Positions 1 to 9,855 are shown, counted from the stretch's first letter. The stretch: DNA of 64,000 nt from Mariniblastus sp. (GCA_045105295.1 JBGCDK010000105.1:3445-67444), one strand, 5' to 3'. Translations and numbers: made by a program. Notes: a model not told the origin generated them from the sequence alone.

Positions 1-902
1 GATTCGTCGAGGTCGATGATTTCGCATTCGCTCAGCCCGCGAAACCAAGTTTCCTGATGTCTGGCAAAACGACGTGTCCGTACGCGGACTTTCTCGATTG
101 TTTCTTCCATACCGATGTCTGTTTGCAATTGATCGATGGCTTCGCGATAGCCTACTGCTTGGGCGGCTGTTTTACCCAACGCAGTCCACTTTTTAAGTAG
201 CCCGTCAACCTCGTCGATCAGTCCAGCTTCGAACATTTGGCTGACTCGCTCTTCAATGCGGGAGTGCAGTGTTGGTCGAGGGTGGCGAAGCGTAAACACG
301 CGACACTGGTCGGCGGCGTGGCCTTCGTCAAATTCCATTTGCCAATGGCTGATGGGTTTGCCTGTTGTTTTGTAGACTTCTAAGGCTCTCACAATGCGTC
401 GATGGTCGTTAGGGTGGAGGTTGTGAGCCGCAACGGGGTCTGTCATTTGCAGTCGTTGGTGGAGAAAATCGCCTCCCATCTCTTTGACTTCTTTTTCGAT
501 CTCGTTGCGAAAATCCCAGTCTGCTTCGGGGCCTTCGAACATGCCACGCAGAAGACTTTTTAGATACAACGCTGTCCCACCAACGAAAATCACTTCTTTG
601 CCTCGACCTCGAATTTCTGCGATCGTTTCCAATGCAGCGTCGCGATACTGATTGACGCTAAACGATTCTGGTGGGTCGACAATGTCGATCAAGTGGTGTG
701 GGATTTCGGCACGCTGTTCGGAGGTGGGTTTGGCGGTGCCAATATCCATGCCTCGATAAATAGCCATCGAATCAAGCGAAATGATTTCCGCGTTTAATCG
801 TTTCGCCAGTTCAAGACTGACTTGGGTTTTGCCGCTGGCGGTCGCGCCCGTAAGAAACCAACATGCAAGCGCACGTTGGCATTTGATTTTGTTTTCATTC
901 AT
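1..902 (-). CDS. miaA: tRNA dimethylallyltransferase, 3' end runs off window start
   Basis: Manual translation from ATG at 902: MNENKIKCQRALACWFLTGATASGKTQVSLELAKRLNAEIISLDSMAIYRGMDIGTAKP, containing the MiaA P-loop and DSM.IY.GMDIGTAKP signature; absent from the ORF track because truncated. Confidence 0.95.
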   Translation of the reverse strand, partial: MNENKIKCQRALACWFLTGATASGKTQVSLELAKRLNAEIISLDSMAIYRGMDIGTAKPTSEQRAEIPHHLIDIVDPPESFSVNQYRDAALETIAEIRGRGKEVIFVGGTALYLKSLLRGMFEGPEADWDFRNEIEKEVKEMGGDFLHQRLQMTDPVAAHNLHPNDHRRIVRALEVYKTTGKPISHWQMEFDEGHAADQCRVFTLRHPRPTLHSRIEERVSQMFEAGLIDEVDGLLKKWTALGKTAAQAVGYREAIDQLQTDIGMEETIEKVRVRTRRFARHQETWFRGLSECEIIDLDE

Positions 903-1196
903 TTGTATTGCTCAATTGCGGATTTAAAGTCACAGGCAATTAGCGTGTTGGTTCAGCCGCAGCAATTCATACTAGGAATGCCTGAAATCTGAAATTATAG
1001 ATAGTCAGGCCTTCCGAAAAAGATGCTGATCGCAGGAAATCATCTTCCGGGGTAAATTGAAGTTGCGAGACCGTCAAATCGACAGCGCGTGCGAAACCAA
1101 GCCGCCCAAGAATCTTAGGTACCAAAGGCCAAATTGCAAACCTTTGAACGTTTACAATCCAGAAAATGGCGTTAGAAAAACGGCGATGCCAACCGA

Positions 1197-2042
1197 TTAA
1201 ACAGGTTGACCAACAACCGACCGTTCCATTGCCGATTTCAACTCTTGCAATTCGAACGGCTTGGACACAACGGCAGATACACCGGCTGCGTAGATGGATT
1301 CGAGTTCGTCCTCGCGTGGGTAATTCAGTAGCAAAACCATCCGCGTGGTAGGAAATTCAGATCGCAACCAATTCATCCGATTGGCAAGTGCATTTGACCA
1401 AGAGTCCGCGTCGACAACCAAAATTGAGACTAGTTTCTCACGATCGGCCACCCATGCTCCTCGTTCAACCCATCGCGATTCCCAGCCGAATTGGTTAACC
1501 GCGTCGGCAAGCATCTCATGCTGCGTGTTCGTCCAAGCACTGATACCAACGCACCGGATCAAGCCGCCGCCCGCGTTGGTCGGTCGAGAATGGGCAAAGT
1601 GCGGTGAGGGTACGACTGGATTTAGTCCTTCAGCTTTTCCAATTCGATCCGCGATCGACGAAGTCACTGGCGCGTGCCACTCAGTCAACTCTTCTTTGGC
1701 GAGTTGCTCTACAAATTTTTGATACCTGCCTTGCCACTGATGCCAATAGACGCGGATCAATCCTGGGTAGGGAGTTCCCGATCGAGTTTCGCCTTCGCAC
1801 CAACTTCCGAGCAATGAAACGATTGGCGTGTTGGAAAAATTGTTTTGTGCTTTTTCAACATCGGCTGAGTTGAATTGGTCACGGCGAGATTGAGCGATCA
1901 CGATTAAGTCAAATTTTGAATCGCTTACGGAATCGATTTTATTTATCGGGACAAGCGTCAGGGGAACGTCGATGCTCGAGATGATGGACTTAAAATCCGT
2001 GTGCCAAAAATCACCAGTGAATAGAATTGTGTGATTGTTCAT
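1197..2042 (-). CDS. Hypothetical protein with degenerate receiver-like domains
   Basis: 281 aa ORF; C-terminal ILVVD...MVLLLN...VVSKPF resembles REC beta3-beta5. Confidence 0.6.
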   Translation of the reverse strand: MNNHTILFTGDFWHTDFKSIISSIDVPLTLVPINKIDSVSDSKFDLIVIAQSRRDQFNSADVEKAQNNFSNTPIVSLLGSWCEGETRSGTPYPGLIRVYWHQWQGRYQKFVEQLAKEELTEWHAPVTSSIADRIGKAEGLNPVVPSPHFAHSRPTNAGGGLIRCVGISAWTNTQHEMLADAVNQFGWESRWVERGAWVADREKLVSILVVDADSWSNALANRMNWLRSEFPTTRMVLLLNYPREDELESIYAAGVSAVVSKPFELQELKSAMERSVVGQPV

Positions 2043-2300
2043 ATCGCCCTCAGCTTCTTGCTTGATGGATACGGAGAATTCGGCTGAGCTATCTCTTGCT
2101 CAGTAATTCAGTTTTGGTCTGCGTTGATTTAAACTTCAATTTACAGGAATCTAAGAATTGCCGCTCAGTGGATTGTCCACAAAAAAACAAATTAGTTGAT
2201 AATCGTTGACGCTAAAATGCGTGCAAACGCGAAATGGGTTCTAGTCAGCACTTCGGCGCGACTTGCTACCACGGCAGTGTTGCTGCCGACCAATACTGGG

Positions 2301-3257
2301 TTAGCCAACAAGGTTGGATGGCGAACCTGCCAAAAAGTTCTCTATGTTCTCTGCCACGGTTTCCATCAGCCGTTTTCTTGCTTCGATTGGCGTCCATGCG
2401 ATATGCGGCGTCAGGATGCAATTCGTCGCAGACAGCAAAGGATTGCCGTCGTCGATTGGCTCGGTGGATGCCACGTCCAACAATGCACCTGCAATCGTTT
2501 TTTGATTCAGCGCCGCAGCGAGATCTTGCTCGTTTACCAATCCTCCTCGAGCCGTGTTGATCAGAATTCCATTCGGTTTCATTTTAGAAATCAAATCTGC
2601 GTTCACAAACCCAGTAGTTTCTGGCGTCTGCGGACAGTGGAGGCTTATAAAATCCGATTGGGCGAAAACGTTCTCAACACTCAGCCATCGGAAACCTTCG
2701 GAATCAAGCGGATCCGTTTCCGTGCGACTATGAGCGATGACTTTCATCCCAAATGCTGTTGCGAGTTTGGCGGTGGCGCGACCAATTTTACCAAGCCCGA
2801 TGATTCCAAAGGTCTTGCCAAGTAATTCCTGGCTGGGAGAAAGCCAAAACGAGAAATTGTTGGACGCTTGCCATTGTCCGTCTTGGATCGCTGCGTTGTG
2901 CTCGGCTGGGCGATGAATGAAGCTTAGCAATGATGCGAAAACGAATTGCGCGACAGCTTGCGTGCTGTACTCGGGAACATTGGTAACCGGAATGTTTCTT
3001 GATCGGGCAAATTCAACATCGACAACGTTGAATCCAGTCGCGGTGACACCGATATATTTCAAGTTCGGTAACTGTGAGATGATCGATTCATCCAACACGA
3101 CTTTGTTGGTCAACAAAATGTCAGCATCCTGCGACCGAGCCACGGTTTCGTTTTTCGAAGTCCGCTCGTGAATCGTGACTTCGCCATGTTTCCGGACGGG
3201 ATCCCAAGAATTGTCGCCTGGGTTCAGTGTGTGGCCGTCGAGTACTACGATTTTCAT
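2301..3257 (-). CDS. D-2-hydroxyacid dehydrogenase (glycerate dehydrogenase/hydroxypyruvate reductase-like)
   Basis: MKIVVLDGHTLNPGD start, GIIGLGKIG NAD motif, LINTARG, LDV, TPHIAW; start moved to ATG 3257, which overlaps the upstream stop (ATGA). Confidence 0.9.
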   Translation of the reverse strand: MKIVVLDGHTLNPGDNSWDPVRKHGEVTIHERTSKNETVARSQDADILLTNKVVLDESIISQLPNLKYIGVTATGFNVVDVEFARSRNIPVTNVPEYSTQAVAQFVFASLLSFIHRPAEHNAAIQDGQWQASNNFSFWLSPSQELLGKTFGIIGLGKIGRATAKLATAFGMKVIAHSRTETDPLDSEGFRWLSVENVFAQSDFISLHCPQTPETTGFVNADLISKMKPNGILINTARGGLVNEQDLAAALNQKTIAGALLDVASTEPIDDGNPLLSATNCILTPHIAWTPIEARKRLMETVAENIENFLAGSPSNLVG

Positions 3258-3523
3258 GAGCTCAATACCAGATAGGCCACATAGGCCAAGTAAGACAGCC
3301 AAAGAAGTAGCAGCATCAACGCAAACAAAAACATCGCGACCTGTGGCTTGACTGGGCGAACAGGGGTGGCATCGGTGTCTAGATCGGAGTTGGCCTCCAA
3401 GCGAGCGTCTGCCGGTAGTGTTTCATCGCCATTGCCGGATGGCTTCGAATGAGTGGACGTCGAATCGCTTTCCGATTTTTCTTCACGTCGCCGCGGCTTG
3501 GGCTTGGATTTAGATTTTGCCAT
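3254..3523 (-). CDS. Small protein with disordered N-terminus and C-terminal transmembrane helix
   Basis: MAKSKSKPKPRRREEK...VAMFLFALMLLLLWLSYLAYVAYLVLSS; ATGA overlap with the downstream dehydrogenase. Confidence 0.7.
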   Translation of the reverse strand: MAKSKSKPKPRRREEKSESDSTSTHSKPSGNGDETLPADARLEANSDLDTDATPVRPVKPQVAMFLFALMLLLLWLSYLAYVAYLVLSS

Positions 3524-3814
3524 TAAAACTAGCGAGAAAAATTCGTAGGCGTTCAAGACATCAAATTTTACAACGTACGGGAACGCGAGTATACCGCGGA
3601 CTTGATTGCCAATGACCAACGTGAGATTTGAGCTCTCGTTTGCCAGGCGAAAAATCTAGAGGTCCTGAACGAACCGCTTCAATTAATACAGAACTGGAGC
3701 AAACATTTCTGAGCTTTCGACCAACAAACGCATAGGCAATTACCATGTCAAATCGCCCAAAGTTGAGTAACCGTCGTGTCGGTAACGGCTGATCTGGGAA
3801 GGTCCAAAATTGAT

Positions 3815-4264
3815 TCAGCCGCCACGTTGAGCGATTGAGTCGCAAATTTCGAAGTTGTTCTCGAAGACCTCGTCAAACGAGTAAACATTATCGAAATGTG
3901 ATCGCTTGTCACGGCTGGACTTTTTCATCAGGCCTGCTGAGATCATGTTGTACACGATGTCGCCAAAGCAATCGGTTTTGTCGATGTTCCAGTTCTTCAA
4001 TACGACTTTCGCCATATAACCAAACTGGTTCAGCGAATACTGCCGAATGGCTTCGCAAAGTTGCTGACCGGTCAGGTGGCGTTCCCGTCGCGCGCGGTGC
4101 ATTTGGGTTTCAATGTCGACTTCTGGATCTTCGTATCCTTCTGACTCAAGCTCCATCGAGTCAGCCGCGAATGATAAGGCTTCTCGAACAAACCAATAAG
4201 CTTCAACGGGATACCGGGGATCCTGGTTGACGAGTTGAAATAATAAAAATGAATCGTCAGTCAT
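3815..4264 (-). CDS. Minf_1886 family (Verrucomicrobia/Planctomycetes-restricted) protein
   Basis: DPRYPVEAYWFVREAL, HLTGQQLCEAIRQY...GYMAKVVL..W.I..T..FGDIVYNMI..G.M.KS..D....F..VY.FDE family pattern. Confidence 0.8.
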   Translation of the reverse strand: MTDDSFLLFQLVNQDPRYPVEAYWFVREALSFAADSMELESEGYEDPEVDIETQMHRARRERHLTGQQLCEAIRQYSLNQFGYMAKVVLKNWNIDKTDCFGDIVYNMISAGLMKKSSRDKRSHFDNVYSFDEVFENNFEICDSIAQRGG

Positions 4265-4366
4265 TTTTGTGCCGGAGATGAAGTGAATGGAAACGTGTGA
4301 ATAGCAACGTTGAGGAATTATCGGTCATTCTATCTATCGGGCACCGAAAACCAATCGCAAAAACAA

Positions 4367-5554
4367 TTACTTCTTTTCGCCTTGTCCACTTCGCCCACCA
4401 CCGCCGCCGCGACGTTTGCCGCGTCGGCGACCGCCCGTTTTCTTTACAGGGGCAGGTTTGTTGGCATCAGATTGAGCGTTGTTCTCGGATTTTGAACCTT
4501 TCGGCGAAACGGATTCTGGTGAAGAGTTCCCTTTATTGGCAGGTTTTTTCTTCGGCCCTGTAGCGGACACATCTTTGTTGGGATTATTTTCTTTCTTTGC
4601 AGGACGCTTGCTCTTCTGCGGCCGTGGCTTGTTGGGTTTCGTCGAATCTTCTGATTCACTTCGCGGACGACGTTTGGTGTTGGGAGCACCATCCCCCGTT
4701 TGCTTGGCAGATTTACTTGGCTCGCGAGAGTTTGAATTCGAATTTGATTTCTTGATGACGGTCAACACCTCGCTGGCGTCAATCACCATGCGACGATGAT
4801 CTTCTGTTTCGATCAATATCTGCTCAGTGATAATTCGATGGTTCAACACTTTGGCTTTTCCATCGCGTGTCACAATTTGTGCGCCGATCCGAGGAAGCTG
4901 TTTCTGAATTTCTTCGTAAGTGTCGAACTCATATCGCAAACAGCATTTAAGCCGGCCACAGCGACCTGAGATCTTGGTGGGGTCCAGCGTGGCTTTTTGA
5001 AGTTTTGCCATCTTCATCGAAACGGGCGGCATCGTCACAAGATGATTGTTGCAGCAAACCGGTTTGCCGCAGTCGCCGTAATCAGCCAACAGTTTGGCTT
5101 CATCGCGGACGCCAATCTGTTTCATCTCGATCCGCGTTTGAAAATCGCTGGCGAGAAGTTTTACAAGTTCGCGAAAATCGACTCGTTCCTCGGCGAGATA
5201 AAAAACGACCAATCGCTCTCCACCGAACAGCTGTTCGATGTCGACCAGTTTCATGTCCAGACCGAGCGTCTCAATGTGTTTTTGGCAGGCTGCCAATTTC
5301 GATTGACGCGAGCCATCAATGTCATCGATCGCGCCTAGATCCTCGGTGGATACTTCCCGGACGATTTGACCCGATGGAGCTTGGTCTAAATGGGAAAGCG
5401 CATCATCGGAGGCTTCGCAGAGGACTTGGCCAATTTCCAGCCCTCGGTCGGATCGGACAATCACTTCCATCGACCGCCGATACTCAATGTCATTGCGCGA
5501 CGTCATAGCGCCTATGCTGCGCATCAGACCATATCGAACGATGTATTTTGGCAC
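4367..5554 (-). CDS. ricT: PSP1-domain / RicT (YaaT, stage 0 sporulation family) protein with basic disordered tail
   Basis: YLAEERVDFRELVK, RIEMKQIGVRDEAK, CGKPVCC, ISGRCGRLKCCLRYE. Confidence 0.88.
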   Translation of the reverse strand: MPKYIVRYGLMRSIGAMTSRNDIEYRRSMEVIVRSDRGLEIGQVLCEASDDALSHLDQAPSGQIVREVSTEDLGAIDDIDGSRQSKLAACQKHIETLGLDMKLVDIEQLFGGERLVVFYLAEERVDFRELVKLLASDFQTRIEMKQIGVRDEAKLLADYGDCGKPVCCNNHLVTMPPVSMKMAKLQKATLDPTKISGRCGRLKCCLRYEFDTYEEIQKQLPRIGAQIVTRDGKAKVLNHRIITEQILIETEDHRRMVIDASEVLTVIKKSNSNSNSREPSKSAKQTGDGAPNTKRRPRSESEDSTKPNKPRPQKSKRPAKKENNPNKDVSATGPKKKPANKGNSSPESVSPKGSKSENNAQSDANKPAPVKKTGGRRRGKRRGGGGGRSGQGEKK

Positions 5555-5698
5555 CCAGTGCTCCGAGGAAGTGACGTTGGTTGGAAGGCGTGGAAGTTAA
5601 AACAATGCTGTTGAGGCAGTCATTGTGGTAAAAAACTGCCCGTTCATGATAGTCGAATTGGAATAAAATCCGAAACGATCAGACGCAAAGTCCATCAA

Positions 5699-7849
5699 TT
5701 AATCGGGAATCCACAATCCCGAGGGCTTGGATTCTTCTTCCGTCGCGGCTGGCTGCTGGGCGATCTGAGCCGTCGCAGGTGAGTCTTGGTCTGGTGTCCA
5801 AACACCACTTGCTGCAGGGGCTGTTGCCGGTTGCGGTGGAGCACCACGCAATGGTCCTCGGTCTGGCCCAATGCCGTAACGATCAAGCACACGCACGAGT
5901 TGATACTCTACCTGTGGATCGTTCAAGTGTTTCATCTGGATGGTTTGCAGAAGCTCGGTTAGGCCGTCGGTGATTCCACGCGACAAACGATATTCAAACT
6001 CTTGAACGTAGTACATTCCAACAGGGCGATCGGCTTTGGTCGCTTCTTCGCGAGCTTTCTCGAGATAGCCAAGAGCTTCCGTTTCGTCTTCTGAGAAATG
6101 CGCCATCATGGAATAAGACATGTCTCTCGGCATGGATTCCATTTCAGGTCGGCGAAGTGATTCATCGACGACTTTACGAAGCACCCGCATGTTGCCGATT
6201 TCCATCGCTTCCTGCTGGACCTTCAAAAGCTGGTTCTCTGTGAGCTTTGTGAAATCAAGATGCAACTGCAAAAGCGGTGAGCTAACGTGTTCCGTTTCTT
6301 CGATTTCAAGCGTTTCTGTATCTGAAAATCCAAGTTTCTTAAACAGTTCTTTGCCTAGCTGGTCATCAAAAACCTGACCTTGATTCGCGTTCTCAAGCGT
6401 GGCAATCATGGCTCGAATCGGAACTTCAAACTCCGATTTTTTTGCGGCTTCTTCAATCGGAAGGTTGTCGAGGAAGGTGATCTTGAGTTTGGGCCACTCT
6501 TCGGTCATTAAATGATAACGCTGGGCTTTCACAAGTTCCGCATGCTGTTTTCGAGTGACGCCCTCTGGCAAATGCCAACGCCATTCCAACAGCTCGCTCA
6601 TCTCATTGGATTTGCCGATCTCTTGCGGTGTGGGATCGCCGTTGAGAAATTGAGCAAACGTGTCGTCGACCAATTGCTTGACTTGTTCATAACGTCCGTC
6701 TTTGGATGTGATGACTTCGATACGAGCTGGACGGTCTGTCTGTTTTCCGTAGATCAACATTTCACCGACAACGGTCGGCACATTATCCAAAGCCAAGCCT
6801 TCCGCTGTGAGGACTTTGTCTCGGTCCAGCACCATGAACGTGTGACGTGGCGGTGGTCCTTCGCCGAACGGGTCGGCTTCGATTGGCTGAGAGGCCGCGA
6901 GTTTAGAATTTGAAATGGCGGCTTCGCTGACACCGTCCATCTCCGAAAGTTCAAACGTCACTCGTTCGATTGAAATTTCTTCGGTGGTGGATGAGGCGTC
7001 AAATGATTGAGCGATCGCTTCGGCTTCGACGGCTTTGATTTTTTCGATTCCGTCCAGTTTGCCGTACCGTCGGAGGCCAGCAACCAACGCTTCGGTGCGT
7101 CCAAGATATCCGTTAACCAACGCCAGTCCTTGTACCACGATCGGTTGGTCGGGAAACGCTTCATCGATCTTGGTGAGGAATTTCAAAGCCTTGCGGAATT
7201 GGCCTCGGTCGAGTGCGCGAAAAACGTTGATGTATTTCTTTTCCCACTCGACGCCCTCGATTGGAGGGCTAAGGGCAAAATCCTGTTTGAGAACAAGTGG
7301 AGCTTGGGGGTTGGCCAAAGTTTCGTGGACCATTTGCTGAAGTTCTGGGTCCGAATCGTTTTTAAGAGCTGACGCATATCTCAGGTGAGCTCGTCCGCCA
7401 ATCGTTTTGCCTTCGCTATAAAGCCCGACTCCCAGCATTTTGAACGCGTTGGCGAGGGAGATTGGAATCTCATTGCCAGTGATCGCATCCATTGCGTCTT
7501 GAAGCGATTCAACGGCTTGGTCAGTGTTACCTTCGGCAAGCTGAATCAAAGCGCGGTGGTGTAGGCCGGTCGAGTGTTTTGGGTTTGTCGAAAGGAACAA
7601 TTCGTTCGCTTCTCGTGCCTTTTCAATCTCGCCGTTGGAGATCAAAATGTGAGTCTTGATCGTCAACAAACAATCCTTGGGGCCTGATTTAGCCATTGCT
7701 CGGTCGATCTGATCGAGAGCAGCGACTGGCTGGCCAGATTTGTTTTTCGCCAAAACGTCGTTCAAGTCACCGATGATTCCTTTGCCGCAGCAGAATTTGA
7801 TTTTCTTGTCTGCGTGGCAAGGGCACTGCTGGTAAATGTCAATGTCCAT
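5699..7849 (-). CDS. SEC-C-like motif / TPR-repeat hypothetical protein
   Basis: N-terminal CPCHADKKIKFCC; helical TPR-like repeats; Pro/Ala-rich tail ending SGLWIPD. Confidence 0.7.
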   Translation of the reverse strand: MDIDIYQQCPCHADKKIKFCCGKGIIGDLNDVLAKNKSGQPVAALDQIDRAMAKSGPKDCLLTIKTHILISNGEIEKAREANELFLSTNPKHSTGLHHRALIQLAEGNTDQAVESLQDAMDAITGNEIPISLANAFKMLGVGLYSEGKTIGGRAHLRYASALKNDSDPELQQMVHETLANPQAPLVLKQDFALSPPIEGVEWEKKYINVFRALDRGQFRKALKFLTKIDEAFPDQPIVVQGLALVNGYLGRTEALVAGLRRYGKLDGIEKIKAVEAEAIAQSFDASSTTEEISIERVTFELSEMDGVSEAAISNSKLAASQPIEADPFGEGPPPRHTFMVLDRDKVLTAEGLALDNVPTVVGEMLIYGKQTDRPARIEVITSKDGRYEQVKQLVDDTFAQFLNGDPTPQEIGKSNEMSELLEWRWHLPEGVTRKQHAELVKAQRYHLMTEEWPKLKITFLDNLPIEEAAKKSEFEVPIRAMIATLENANQGQVFDDQLGKELFKKLGFSDTETLEIEETEHVSSPLLQLHLDFTKLTENQLLKVQQEAMEIGNMRVLRKVVDESLRRPEMESMPRDMSYSMMAHFSEDETEALGYLEKAREEATKADRPVGMYYVQEFEYRLSRGITDGLTELLQTIQMKHLNDPQVEYQLVRVLDRYGIGPDRGPLRGAPPQPATAPAASGVWTPDQDSPATAQIAQQPAATEEESKPSGLWIPD

Positions 7850-8091
7850 ATAATATTCCAGTGTAGTTATTGATGCGTTTCAAGCGGTCCGGTTTCACCG
7901 CATCGTTGGCAAATCCCAAACGTGTTTGGTGCCAAACTGGCAATCGTGCCATGTTGCGGGCGTTCTTTTGAAACGATTTGGATTTTTGCAAATCAGCTGT
8001 ATGAAAAATTCTTTAATCCCATACGTTAAATCTAAGGCAATCCTAAGCGTCAAGAAACCCTTGGATACGCGGAATACGAGAATCTAACTTT

Positions 8092-9855
8092 ATGTCTAAC
8101 AAAATGGTTGAGCCACTGGATGCTTGGTCTCTCAAAAATATTCGGAACATTGGCTATTCGCTAACCGAAACTGCCCGCCGGATGCCCAATTCCGTCGCCG
8201 TTGCGTGCCCCGCAAAAAAACAGCCGAAGAAGCTCAGGCCAGGTCAAAAGTTTCGATACGACACGATCACGTTTGGTGATCTGGACACTGCAAGTGACCA
8301 AATTGCTAACGGAATACGCAAACTCGGAGTTCAACCCGGGACTCGGCTTGCCTTGATGGTTCCTCCCGGGATCAGTTTTGTAAGTCACGTTTTCGGCCTC
8401 TTTAAGGCGGGAGTGGTCGTGATCCTGATCGATCCGGGCATGGGCCGGAAGAACATGATTCAGTGTCTTTCTGAGGCGGAGCCTCACGGCATCGTCGGAA
8501 TACCACTGGCTCAATTGGCGAGAACTATTTTTGGACGCAGGCTACCTCTCTGTAAAACCAACGTGGTTGTCGACGGATATTTTCCGTTCTGCACCAAGAG
8601 CTCAAGTTTTTCAAAATCTGATTCCGATTCAAATTCTAAGGATGGACTTCCTCGTCACGAGTCAATGTCGCGAGAAGATGAAGCCGCGATTATTTTTACA
8701 ACGGGCAGCACCGGCCCACCCAAAGGCGTCTTGTACCGCCATCGAAATTTTATCCAGCAATCTGATCAAATTCGTGATTATTTTGGCATCAAGCCAGGTC
8801 GAACGGATGTCTCAGGGTTCCCGTTGTTCGCTTTGTTTAATACGGCGATGGGCACAACGACGGTTTTTCCAGAAATGGACCCAACGCGACCAGCGGATGT
8901 TTATCCGCCAAACATCATCGATGCGGTGAATCAATTTTCTGCGGATCATTCATTTGGTTCTCCAGCACTTTGGAATACGGTTTCAAATTATTGCGAGGCC
9001 AACTCGGTCGTCCTGCCAACATTGAAAAGGATTCTTTCGGCCGGTGCACCTGTTCCTGCATCGGTGTTGGGGAGAGTCAAAAGTATCATCAGCCCAGATG
9101 GCGACGCATACACACCATACGGAGCGACCGAGGCGTTGCCGGTTGCGTGCAATTCCGCTTCTGTGATTCTCAGCGAAACGTCTGAAAAAACTGACAACGG
9201 AAATGGAACTTGCGTTGGCAATCGTTTCTCCGGGATTGACTGGAAAGTAATCAAAATTTCCGACGAACCGATTCTAAATATCGAGGACACCCAACCCGTC
9301 AGCCAAGGTGAAATTGGAGAGTTGATCGTCCGAGGCGCCGTCGTAACGGACCAGTACGTCACTCGAACCGAAGCCAACGCTGATCACAAAATTAGTGATC
9401 CGTCAGCGTCTGGTTCTGTCGATCCAGATAGCTCCCCAAAATTTTGGCATCGAATGGGCGACGTTGGCTATCTTGACGATCAAGACCGGTTTTGGTTTTG
9501 CGGTCGTAAGACCCACCGAGTCCGAACGAAAGACGGTGAGATGTACACGGTCCCTTGCGAGGCGATCATCAACACGCATGGTCAAGTTTACCGAAGTGCA
9601 CTTGTTGGCGTGGGGGAACCGGGGATGCAGGAGCCAGTGTTAATTATTGAGCCCGTTCCGTCAGCCTGGAGCAACGACAAAGCAAGCCAAGGCAGACTGA
9701 TTAGTGAAGTTCGAGAGATAGCCGGTCAGCATTGGCAAACCGAATCCATCAAGCATTTTTTGGTTCACAAATCATTGCCAGTCGACATTCGGCACAACTC
9801 AAAGATCTTTCGGGAGAAGCTTCGCGTTTGGGCGAAAGATGTTTTGGGCTGGTAA
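8092..9855 (+). CDS. oleC: OleC-like AMP-dependent ligase (fatty acid CoA ligase family / olefin beta-lactone synthetase)
   Basis: IFTTGSTGPPKGV, PYGATEALPV, WHRMGDVGYLD, WFCGRKTHRV, LPVDIRHNSKIFRE. Confidence 0.8.
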   Translation: MSNKMVEPLDAWSLKNIRNIGYSLTETARRMPNSVAVACPAKKQPKKLRPGQKFRYDTITFGDLDTASDQIANGIRKLGVQPGTRLALMVPPGISFVSHVFGLFKAGVVVILIDPGMGRKNMIQCLSEAEPHGIVGIPLAQLARTIFGRRLPLCKTNVVVDGYFPFCTKSSSFSKSDSDSNSKDGLPRHESMSREDEAAIIFTTGSTGPPKGVLYRHRNFIQQSDQIRDYFGIKPGRTDVSGFPLFALFNTAMGTTTVFPEMDPTRPADVYPPNIIDAVNQFSADHSFGSPALWNTVSNYCEANSVVLPTLKRILSAGAPVPASVLGRVKSIISPDGDAYTPYGATEALPVACNSASVILSETSEKTDNGNGTCVGNRFSGIDWKVIKISDEPILNIEDTQPVSQGEIGELIVRGAVVTDQYVTRTEANADHKISDPSASGSVDPDSSPKFWHRMGDVGYLDDQDRFWFCGRKTHRVRTKDGEMYTVPCEAIINTHGQVYRSALVGVGEPGMQEPVLIIEPVPSAWSNDKASQGRLISEVREIAGQHWQTESIKHFLVHKSLPVDIRHNSKIFREKLRVWAKDVLGW

